IMG/VR virus record: IMGVR_UViG_3300025949_000001
Coordinates: 32,001 to 96,000 of that record
Strand: one strand, 5' to 3'
Origin: a virus
DNA: 64,000 nt
Shown: positions 39,824 through 48,206 of the stretch, in pieces
Layout: every line of letters begins with the position of its first letter
Numbering within the stretch: position 1 is the first letter of the stretch
The notes under the pieces: generated by a model
Database searches by the model: none
What the model was told of the DNA's origin: nothing
Seen by the model: the letters and a program-made list of their open reading frames with translations, nothing else
Program-made: the position numbers and the translations under genes

Positions 39824-42147
39824 TGCGCGCCAAGCGACGCCACGCCACGAACGAGGAAAACGAGACGCAATCGGCATTCTCCGCCGAACCCGGCACCGCT
39901 CTCGCGCTGCGTGGCGTGGCGCAGCCCGCGCTCGCCGCACACGCACCGCAGGTCAACCCGTACGCGCCGATCTACGGCACCGGGAACCTCGCCACGAACG
40001 GCGGCTACCCGTCCGTGGCGTACAACCCCTACCCCGGCCTGCCCGAGCACGTCGCCGACCAGCTCACCCCGGGCCTCGCGGACCGCACCGGATGGGCCCT
40101 GTTCCAGTGGATGCAGGACCGCCACCTGCTGCCCGGAATCGGCGTGCTGGCCGGCGTCGCCTGCGGCTGGGGGGCTGCGGCGACCGAACCGATGCACCCC
40201 TGGTTCGGGTCCGTCGCCCTCGGCATGGGCGCCCTGGGCGGCGTCACCTACGCCGGGATCCACGTCATCCGCTCGATCAACGGAGACGACGACGCGGAGC
40301 CCGTCCCGGTAGGAGTGCACATCATCGGTCTCGGCGGGATAGCGCTGACCGCGTTCGGCGTCGCCTGCATCACGGGACTGTCGTTCCTCTCCGCCGGTGT
40401 CACGCTGGTTCCACTGGCGGCCGGGTACTACGCCTGGTTCCAGAACCGCAACAGCCGCCTGGAAGGGCAGCGGCGTTTCATCGTGGACTACACCGCCGCG
40501 TCCACCCCGGCGCTGGTACCCATGCCTGGAACCGCGATGGCACCCCCCGCCGCGATCCCTGGAACCGTGGTGTCCCACGAAGAGGCGATGGTGCGCCGCG
40601 CCTTCGAAGGCATGAACATCGCGCTGCAGGACGTGTACGGGTTCGAGCGCATCGACGCCGACTCGTTCGCCCTCACCGTCGTGTTCGCCCCGGCCTCCAA
40701 CGTCTCGCCCGAGTCGGTGATCGCCCGCAAGGACGTCCTGGCCAGTTCGCTCGGCGCCCGGCAGCTGATCGCGCTGACGACGCAGCGCGGGCACGAACTG
40801 CGCCTGACGATCCGCTACGGGGAGATCGACCCGCTGGCCGAGACCGTGCCCTTCCCCGGCCCGGTCGCCACCTCGATCACCGAGCCGATCCCGATCGGGG
40901 TGTCCGCTGACGGATCGGCCTCCGAGATCACCCTGCTCGGCGTGCACACCCTCGTGGGCGGTGCGACGGGCGGCGGGAAATCCGTCATCGTCAAAATTCT
41001 GATCACCTCGATCGCGGCGATGAGCGACGCGGTGCTGTGGCTTATCGATTTGAAGCCCGGCCGTATCGAGCTCGGTATTTTCGAACCCGTCGCCGATCGT
41101 TCCGCACGTTCTTTGGCAGACGCCGCGATGATGTTCGAGGCGCTTATCGCCGCGGCGAAAGCCCGCGGGGAGTATCTCGCGTCGCTGCGCGATGAGACCG
41201 GGCAGCCGGTGGAGAAGTGGGACCCCACCGTCCACGGCCCGGTGATCGTCGTGGTCGTGGACGAGCTGGCGGAGTTGGTGCGCCAGGGCAAGAAGGTGCG
41301 CAAGGGCGAGTACGGCGACCGCATCATGGAAGCGATCAAGTGGGTGGTGTCGAACTTCGAGACCGCCGCGCAGGTCTACCGGGCGCTCGGCATCCAACTG
41401 GTGATCGCGACCCAGTCCCCGTCCTCGGCGATCACCTCGGGAGACGGCAAGGACGCGATCGACCAGTTCCAGAACCTGCTGTGCGTGCGCACCGCGAAGG
41501 TGTCGCAGACCAACATCGTGCTCGGGCAGGGCGCGCACGGCGACGGGTTCCGCGCCAACACCGACCTGTACGTCTCGGGCATGTACTACATGAAGACCCC
41601 GCAGCTGTCGGTGCCGATCAAGCACAAGGCGTACTGGAGCGAGAACGAGGAGATCGTCGGCTACATCAACCAGTACGCCGACACCCGGCCGCCGCTGGAC
41701 GAGCGCACCGGCGAGGCGGTGGCCGCGGTGCTCGGCACGATCGGCGCGACCCCCCGCACCGGGCCGGGCGGCGGGGGTAGCCGGACGGTGCCGATCCGGG
41801 ACGCGGCCGAGGCGGCGGCGCGCCCGAACCTGCGCAGCGTGCCGAGCGGCGACCGCGACGGCTACGACGGGCCGCGCTACCCGGACCGCCGGCCGGTCGA
41901 GCCCAAGAAGCAGCCGCTATGGAATCTGCTGGACTCGCCGCAATTCCGCGCTAGCGGCGCGACGGTCGGCGAACTTGCGGCGGCTGCCGCGCGGGCGGGC
42001 CACGACGCGTCGTCGCTGGCGTGGGTGCGCGACCGCTGCAAGGAGTGGCGCGAGGCCGACTATGTCGTGTTCGAGAAAGAAGGCCAGGACTACCGGTACT
42101 GGCGCGACGACTACACGCTGGCGGCTCAATTCAAGCGGGAGGCATGA
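39823..42147 (+). CDS. FtsK/SpoIIIE-family conjugative DNA translocase (TraB-like)
   Basis: N-terminal TM helices; GGATGGGKS, IDLKPG, VVVVDELAEL, LVIATQ; C-terminal wHTH. Confidence 0.85.
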   Translation: MRAKRRHATNEENETQSAFSAEPGTALALRGVAQPALAAHAPQVNPYAPIYGTGNLATNGGYPSVAYNPYPGLPEHVADQLTPGLADRTGWALFQWMQDRHLLPGIGVLAGVACGWGAAATEPMHPWFGSVALGMGALGGVTYAGIHVIRSINGDDDAEPVPVGVHIIGLGGIALTAFGVACITGLSFLSAGVTLVPLAAGYYAWFQNRNSRLEGQRRFIVDYTAASTPALVPMPGTAMAPPAAIPGTVVSHEEAMVRRAFEGMNIALQDVYGFERIDADSFALTVVFAPASNVSPESVIARKDVLASSLGARQLIALTTQRGHELRLTIRYGEIDPLAETVPFPGPVATSITEPIPIGVSADGSASEITLLGVHTLVGGATGGGKSVIVKILITSIAAMSDAVLWLIDLKPGRIELGIFEPVADRSARSLADAAMMFEALIAAAKARGEYLASLRDETGQPVEKWDPTVHGPVIVVVVDELAELVRQGKKVRKGEYGDRIMEAIKWVVSNFETAAQVYRALGIQLVIATQSPSSAITSGDGKDAIDQFQNLLCVRTAKVSQTNIVLGQGAHGDGFRANTDLYVSGMYYMKTPQLSVPIKHKAYWSENEEIVGYINQYADTRPPLDERTGEAVAAVLGTIGATPRTGPGGGGSRTVPIRDAAEAAARPNLRSVPSGDRDGYDGPRYPDRRPVEPKKQPLWNLLDSPQFRASGATVGELAAAAARAGHDASSLAWVRDRCKEWREADYVVFEKEGQDYRYWRDDYTLAAQFKREA

Positions 42148-42351
42148 GATGGAACCCGGGACGTTCGTCGTCGGCTGCACGGCTGAGGGCGAGCCGGTGA
42201 CGGCCGAGACGTATCGCCTTCCCGATCGGGTGATCGGCGTCTGGATCGATGAACTGGCCGAGTCGGCCCGGACGCCGAGGCTGGACGCGCCGTCGGCCGC
42301 GGCGCTGTGGGCGGCGATGCGCGCGAGCGGGCCGACCGCCCGGGGCGCGTG

Positions 42352-43575
42352 ATGGCCCGCCGCCAACGCCGCAGGGCCCGGCTGCGCGGCTGGATGCCGA
42401 ACCGGGTCGCCGCCCGATTCATCTCCGGCGGCAAGCACCAGACGTTCACCTCGATCGCGAAATCGCCGTTCCGCGTAAAGACGATCACGAACAAGAACAA
42501 CCGGCGCCAGCAGTACCAGGCCGCGCGCCGACGCGAAGCCCGCGCCCTCGCAGCCGCCAAGCGCAAGGCAGTCCGGGATGCCGCCGCGCAGAAGAAGGCC
42601 TACGCGCGCCGCGCCGCCGAACTGAAGAAACTCGCGCCGAAGCCGCCGCGCAAGCCGCGCCCGAAGTCCCCGCCGATCGCCGTCGACCCGCGCACCGGCC
42701 AGCCGATCACCTGGCCGCAGGCGCAGAAAGCGCTGCGGGAAGCACAGGAGCGCGCCGAACGCCTCGCCGCAGGGCTGCCCGGCGATGCGCCCGTCAAGGC
42801 GCCGCGCAAGACGGCGGCGAAGAAGACCGCTGCGGCGCGCCCTGCAAACCGCTCCCCGGCCGCGCGCCGCAGCGGGACCGCCCGGCCCAGGAAGCCCTCG
42901 AAGCCCCGCAAGGCGACCGCCATCCCGGCGCCGCCCACTTCGCCCGGCAAGACGCTCACCGGCGTGTACTGGGCGCTGACCTGCGCATGCCAAGGCACCG
43001 GCCGCATCGTCCAATACGCCGACGACGGCACCCCGAACGGCTCGATCTCCTGCCCCACGCACGGACGCAAAGCGCGCGGCGGACGCAAACTCACCTCCCG
43101 GCGCGCGATCAAAGAAGCCGGGCTGCCTGGCCTCGGCTCCTGGCTCGAGGGCAAGACGCGCCGCGGGCGGGGCAACCTCGACAAGAAACAGGAGCGCGCC
43201 CGCGACCGGGCCAAGGCGATACAGAGGCACGCCGGCCCGACCACGCAATGCGGCGCCTGCGACGAGGGCATCGTCAACCGCGGGTTGACCGACCAGCTGC
43301 GCGATGCGTACATCGGCGACCTGATCGCGAAACTCGAAGCGCAGGAAAAGCGGATCCCCCCGAGTCGGACACTGAACGCGGCGGCGCGCAAGGCGTACCC
43401 GTACGACCACTGCCGCCGGTGTGCAGGGCTCGGCCGCGCCCCGAAGGCGGCCGACGGCGACTGGTACGAGAGCGCGGGCCTGAAGGAGAAGCACCGGTTG
43501 ACACCGCGCGAGAAAGCCGCCGGGCAGATCGACCCGGCGCTGCGTATCCGCAACTCCCGCACCCGGCGCGGCTGA
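42352..43575 (+). CDS. Basic protein with DnaJ-like CxxCxGxG motifs
   Basis: CACQGTG, CGACDEG, CRRCAGLG. Confidence 0.65.
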   Translation: MARRQRRRARLRGWMPNRVAARFISGGKHQTFTSIAKSPFRVKTITNKNNRRQQYQAARRREARALAAAKRKAVRDAAAQKKAYARRAAELKKLAPKPPRKPRPKSPPIAVDPRTGQPITWPQAQKALREAQERAERLAAGLPGDAPVKAPRKTAAKKTAAARPANRSPAARRSGTARPRKPSKPRKATAIPAPPTSPGKTLTGVYWALTCACQGTGRIVQYADDGTPNGSISCPTHGRKARGGRKLTSRRAIKEAGLPGLGSWLEGKTRRGRGNLDKKQERARDRAKAIQRHAGPTTQCGACDEGIVNRGLTDQLRDAYIGDLIAKLEAQEKRIPPSRTLNAAARKAYPYDHCRRCAGLGRAPKAADGDWYESAGLKEKHRLTPREKAAGQIDPALRIRNSRTRRG

Positions 43576-43655
43576 GCGCTCGGCGCTGCGGCACTGCTCG
43601 CGTTCGGGCGCTGACTGCGATACTGGCCGCAGCCACCCCGCGACCGAGGAGAACC

Positions 43656-43811
43656 GTGGACACGACCACCGCCGAGACCGCCACGCGCACCGAACTGGTC
43701 GGCAACGTGCGCGACCTGCGACACGTCCCGCTGCGGCAGATCGCCGCGCAAGCCGCCGCGAGGGCAGGCAACACAGCCGGGCGCGCCGGGGAGTTCAACT
43801 CGTCAATCTGA
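43656..43811 (+). CDS. FxSxx-COOH (FxsA-type) RiPP precursor peptide, orphan
   Basis: GAGGAG RBS; leader DLRHVPLRQI; C-terminus GEFNSSI-stop. Confidence 0.75.
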   Translation: MDTTTAETATRTELVGNVRDLRHVPLRQIAAQAAARAGNTAGRAGEFNSSI

Positions 43812-44037
43812 CGGCGCGACGGGCAGCACCCGCGCGACCAAGCCCCGTTCATCCGGCGGGGCTCCCGCTTATGTGTGGCAGGCGTGCCTCACGACCCCGT
43901 GTCCGGCCGCGTCCGATCCGTGTTGCGCGGCAGATTCCCACCCGCCACACTCGGCGCAGAAACAATCACGCCCGCCCCAATGACCAGTGAGGACGGGCTG
44001 CGCGTCCGTTCGAATGCTTGGCGGCTACGCTCACCAT

Positions 44038-44478
44038 ATGGACTTTCGCATCAGGGACTTCATTGCTGCGCGGCTGGACGAGCGGGAGACGGCGGCGAAG
44101 CGCGCCATCGAAGCGTCCGGCGGCGAGATCTGGCGCGCATCGGACGGCGGACTGTACCCCGAAGACAATCCCTCGCAGCACCCGGGGGCGTTCCTGGCGG
44201 ACTACTACGGCTTCACCGACCCCGACTACGGCGATCACATCGCGCTTCATGATCCCACGTGGACGCTGCGGGACATCACGGCGAAGCGGCAGATCCTCGG
44301 CGCATACGATCGCGCTACCGCCCGCTTTGACGAAGCCCTCAGCAGTCCGCCCGACATCGACGCCGACGCTAGCGCCTTCAGCGCGCGGTCTCACATGGAT
44401 CTGGTGTTGCGGCTGCTGGCCGCGATCGATGCGGATCACTCGGACTTCAACCCGACATGGAAGCTGGACGTGTCATGA
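44038..44478 (+). CDS. DUF6221-like protein
   Basis: FIAARLDE...HIALHDP..TLRDITAKRQIL...LRLLA..DADHSDF..W. Confidence 0.75.
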   Translation: MDFRIRDFIAARLDERETAAKRAIEASGGEIWRASDGGLYPEDNPSQHPGAFLADYYGFTDPDYGDHIALHDPTWTLRDITAKRQILGAYDRATARFDEALSSPPDIDADASAFSARSHMDLVLRLLAAIDADHSDFNPTWKLDVS

Positions 44479-45079
44479 CAGGCGAGCTCGGACCGCTGGT
44501 GGTCCGCAAGTTCTCGATCCCGCTGAGCGTTTCCGCTGCCGACCTGGCCGACGCGCAGGAGATGCGCGAGCACGAACGCCGCTTGGCCGGCATGTCGCCC
44601 GAGGAGCGTGCCGAGCGTCAGGCGCGACAGGACGCCGAACGGGCGGTCGCGCTCGCCTCCGCAGTCGCCGACTGGCGGGTTGTGCGCGATCGGCTTGCCG
44701 GGAACGGGCCGGCGCTCGCCGCGTTGAAGATCCATCGCCCGGCCGATAGCGGTTCTTTCGCAGGCGTCGTGTGTGCGCAGCGCGAGCGCAGCGATGATCC
44801 AGACGAGTGGCCGTGCGAGACGTTCACCGCGATCAAGGAGGCGTGACCGTGGAGCTGCCGAAGGAGATCCGCGTCGAGTCCGACCGGACCGGTGCCCCGC
44901 GCGTCACGATCGACGGGCAACCGCTGCTCTGGTACACGGCGGGGATCGTCGTGCCGCCGCCTTCGCGCGACCAGATGCCGACGGTCGTGCTCACGATCCC
45001 GGCGGAGAAGGTCGTCATGGTCAACGAGATGCAGCCGCCCGCGACCGGCTTGCCTGAGGGGAGTTCACAAAGCGCATGA
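44475..45079 (+). CDS. Two hypothetical genes (44475-44846, ~44843-45079)
   Basis: Coupled ORFs. Confidence 0.55.
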
Positions 45080-45408
45080 TGGGCGGCGGAAATCGGTCTC
45101 GGCCGCCCCGTGTTCGGGCGAGTGCACCTATCGCATTACGGCTTGTGGGCCCAGTGTTGCTCGCTTTTATGTTGCTCGCGGTGCTGCGCTTCGGGCGATA
45201 AGCGGGATGCAGTCTGCATCCCGGATTTCATGCGACGGCGAATAGGTCAAGCCCCGGCTAGTCCGGGTACTGCGTCGCTTCCCATGGCTGCGGCTTCGGC
45301 CGGAACGAGATCACATCCTGGCCGTCGCCCGTGTGGGTCCATTCGGAGCGGGCACCTGCCCCGCTGAATCTCAGTAAGTCTCAGTCCTTCTAGGCGTATA
45401 CTGGGCGA

Positions 45409-45978
45409 GTGAAGCTTTCGGAGTGGGCGCGCCGCGAAGGCGTGCACTACCAGACCGCGTGGGAGTGGGCGAAGAACGGGCGCATGCCCGTGCCCGCCTA
45501 CCAGACCCCGTCCGGGACATGGATGGTGCGCACCGAACCCGACGCGCCCACCGGGCGCGTCGTCGCCTACGCCCGCGTCTCCAGCGCCGACCAGAAGCCC
45601 GATCTCGAGCGCCAGGCCGGGCGCGTGGTGACGGGCGCGACCGCCCGAGGTCTCGCCGTCGCCGAAGTCGTCACCGAGATCGGTTCCGGACTGAACGGCG
45701 AGCGCCGCAAACTGCACCGGATCCTCGCCGACCCCACCGCCGCAGTGATCGTGGTCGAGCACCGCGACCGGCTCGCGCGCTTCGGTGTCGAGCATCTCGA
45801 TGCCGCCCTGCAAGCGAACGGCCGCCGCATCGTCGTCCTCGAACACGACGAGACCAGCGACGACCTCGTACGGGACGTGGCCGAGGTACTCACCTCGATG
45901 TGCGCCCGGCTGTACGGGCGCCGCTCCGCCAGGAACCGGGCCGCGCGCGGCATCGCCGCCGCGACGGGCGAGCGCTGA
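45409..45978 (+). CDS. tnpA: IS607 serine transposase
   Basis: N-terminal HTH; YARVSSADQKPDL; DRLARFG. Confidence 0.95.
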   Translation: MKLSEWARREGVHYQTAWEWAKNGRMPVPAYQTPSGTWMVRTEPDAPTGRVVAYARVSSADQKPDLERQAGRVVTGATARGLAVAEVVTEIGSGLNGERRKLHRILADPTAAVIVVEHRDRLARFGVEHLDAALQANGRRIVVLEHDETSDDLVRDVAEVLTSMCARLYGRRSARNRAARGIAAATGER

Positions 45979-45981
45979 TCC

Positions 45982-47361
45982 ATGGCCGTGCAGGCCTACC
46001 GGTTCGCCCTCGACCCGACGCCGGCCCAGGCGCGCAACCTCGCGCGGCATGCCGGCGCGGCGCGGGTCGCGTTCAACTGGGGACTCTCGGCGGTCAGGGC
46101 GAACTTGTCCCAGCGTGAGGCCGAACGCTTCTACGGCATCGACGGCGACGACCTTACCCCGGCGCTTGGCTGGTCGATGTATGCGCTGCGCAAGGCCTGG
46201 AACCAAGCCAAGGGCGACATAGCTCCATGGTGGTCGGAATGCTCGAAAGAGGCGTACGCCAGCGGGCTGGAGCAACTCGCCCGCGCGTTGAAGAACTGGT
46301 CCGACTCCAAACGCGGCAAGCGCGCCGGCCGACCGGTCGGGTTCCCGCGGTTCAAGGCGAAGCGTCGCGCTGCGCCGTCGGTGAGATTCACTACCGGGAC
46401 AATCCGCGTCGAAGCCGACCGCATGCACGTGACGCTGCCGGTGCTGGGCCGGATCAAGACGCACGAGTCCACGCGCAAATTGGAGCGCAGGGTCGCGAAC
46501 GGCACCGCGCGGATCCTGTCCGCGACCGTGCGCCTTGAGGCGGCCCGCTGGTTCGTCGCGTTCACCGTCGAAATCCGGCGACCCGAGAAGTCCCCGCGCC
46601 GACCGGACGCGGTAGTCGGCGTCGACCTGGGAATCAAGACGCTGGCCGTCCTGTCCGAGGGCGAGCCGGTCGGGAACTCGCGGTACTACGATGCGGCGCG
46701 CCGGAAGTTGGCCCGCACCTCGCGCACCGTTTCGCGCCGCCAAGGACCGGACCGGCGCACCGGGCAGGCCCCTTCTAGCCGGTGGGTGCGGGCGAACGCC
46801 GCGCGCAACAGAGTCCACCGCCGGGTTGGAAACCTGCGCCGCGACGGGATCCACAAACTCACCACCGCGCTGGCCCGCGAGTACGGCACGGTCGTGGTCG
46901 AGGACCTGAACGTCGCCGGGATGGTCCGCAACCGGCGGCTCGCACGCGCGATCTCCGACGCCGGGTTCGGCGAGATTCGCCGCCAGTTGGCGTATAAGGC
47001 GGCGTGGAACGGCGGCCGGCTCGCCGTGGCGGACCGCTGGTTTCCCAGTTCCAAGACGTGCTCGGGCTGCGGGGCAGTGAAACCCAAACTGTCCCTGGCC
47101 GAGCGCACCTACACCTGCATCGAATGCGGACTGGTCTTGGATCGGGACCTGAACGCGGCGCTCAACCTCAAGCAGTTGGTTGAGCGCACCGTCGCCGGGA
47201 GTGGCCCGGAGACGTTAAACGGACGTGGAGCCGACCGTAAGACCAGCGTGCTGGCAGGTGGCCGTGAAGCGTCTACCCCGCACCCGGCTCTCGCCGGGGT
47301 AAGACGGGGACTCTTGCCGGGCAACCGGCAAGTCCTAGGCAGGCATTCGCTGAAACTCTAG
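45982..47361 (+). CDS. tnpB: IS607 RNA-guided endonuclease TnpB
   Basis: GVDLG, VVEDL, DRDLNAA; zinc ribbon. Confidence 0.95.
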   Translation: MAVQAYRFALDPTPAQARNLARHAGAARVAFNWGLSAVRANLSQREAERFYGIDGDDLTPALGWSMYALRKAWNQAKGDIAPWWSECSKEAYASGLEQLARALKNWSDSKRGKRAGRPVGFPRFKAKRRAAPSVRFTTGTIRVEADRMHVTLPVLGRIKTHESTRKLERRVANGTARILSATVRLEAARWFVAFTVEIRRPEKSPRRPDAVVGVDLGIKTLAVLSEGEPVGNSRYYDAARRKLARTSRTVSRRQGPDRRTGQAPSSRWVRANAARNRVHRRVGNLRRDGIHKLTTALAREYGTVVVEDLNVAGMVRNRRLARAISDAGFGEIRRQLAYKAAWNGGRLAVADRWFPSSKTCSGCGAVKPKLSLAERTYTCIECGLVLDRDLNAALNLKQLVERTVAGSGPETLNGRGADRKTSVLAGGREASTPHPALAGVRRGLLPGNRQVLGRHSLKL

Positions 47362-47748
47362 GAACGGTCGCGCTCCCAGTCCTCGCCGAACACCAGCTCG
47401 TGGCTCGGCACGCCAAGCTGGCTCACTAGGAACAGCACCTGCGTCGGGGCCTCACGCGGCGTCTCGTCGGGCTCGACCTTGAACAGCGCGTCGATCGGCC
47501 CTTCCGGGAAGGCCACCGAGCAGCGTGCGGGCGGCATGGTCGCCCCGTCGCGCAACCTGATGTCTACGGATCGCGAGAGGTTGGCGTCGGTCTGCTGCGC
47601 GAGCAAGCCGAGGGCTGTTTCCAGTGGCGAGCGCAGCACCATCTCGACGCGCGTGCTGTCGATCAACGCGGTGGGGGCCGGGCCAGGCGACCGTCAGGAG
47701 CATCTCGCGGGACGGGGTGAGGGGCATGGCTCAAGTGTCTCGCACGAC

Positions 47749-47914
47749 TGGTAGGCCGAGGGACTCGAACCCTCATCTCCCGAACGCGGACCAGGCCGCT
47801 CAGCCCCGGGCTCTAGAAACCCATCGCGCCCACGCGTCCGCGGGGAAACGCTGCGGCGTCGGAATCGCCGCTCGCCGCGACTGTCGGGTGTTCTGCCCGC
47901 TGAACTATCGGCCC
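47749..47914 (-). ncRNA. tRNA-like RNA with 100 nt in place of the anticodon loop
   Basis: GGGCCGA-TA-GTTC/GAAC D arm; CCCGA/TCGGG stem; GAGGG-TTCGAGT-CCCTC T arm; ends ACCA. Confidence 0.7.
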
Positions 47915-47958
47915 ATGACCGGCGTCGCACCTACTACGAGGATAGCCCGGCAAAGCGA

Positions 47959-47988
47959 AACGCCCCCAGCTCGAAAGCCGAGGGCGTT
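47959..47988 (-). terminator. Hairpin terminator between the two tRNA-like RNAs
   Basis: AACGCCCTCGGCT-TTCG-AGCTGGGGGCGTT followed by TCGCTTT. Confidence 0.6.
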
Positions 47989-48080
47989 CGCCGGGTCTGC
48001 CGTCGTCCGCTTCACTGCTGCGGCACCGGACAGGACCCTCGCGGGCGGGGGCAGATCGCCCCCTCAATCGGTAGTCTCGC

Positions 48081-48196
48081 GGCGCGCCCGTCGGAGTCGA
48101 ACCGACCCCTGACCCTTACCCCTGGGCCGTAGCCCTCAGGATTCCGGCTTGCGGGCCGGTCGAGTCAGATGCCACCCGTACACTTCCAGGCGCGCC
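48081..48196 (-). ncRNA. Second tRNA-like RNA with 50 nt in place of the anticodon loop
   Basis: Terminal stem GGCGCGCCT/GGGCGCGCC; CTGAC/GTCAG stem; GTCGG-TTCGACT-CCGAC T arm; no encoded CCA. Confidence 0.6.
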
Positions 48197-48206
48197 TACG
48201 GCCAGG

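Larger units (their letters stand above)
45352..47367 (+). mobile_element. IS607-family insertion sequence
   Basis: Serine TnpA plus TnpB; GG at both junctions; removal restores a reading frame; TCTCAGT repeats in the left end. Confidence 0.9.
45258..47727 (-). pseudogene. Hypothetical gene split by IS607 and frameshifted near 47672
   Basis: ...DWERDRS|EWTHTGDGQDVISFRPKPQPWEATQYPD* reads in frame across the reconstructed empty site. Confidence 0.7.

Noticed and set aside
39238-41625. 795-aa minus-strand ORF (and similar Arg/Pro/Ala-rich overlapping ORFs)
   Set aside because: Shadow of the DUF2637-like and traB genes; no recognisable motifs.
47990-48080. HDV-like (theta) ribozyme in the tRNA trailer
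   Set aside because: Could not build the P1/P2/P3 nested pseudoknot by eye.
47749-48196. tmRNA, Y RNA (YrlA) or canonical tRNA assignment
   Set aside because: Too short for tmRNA and no tag ORF; the ends lie at the acceptor stem, unlike YrlA; no 7-nt anticodon loop to assign.
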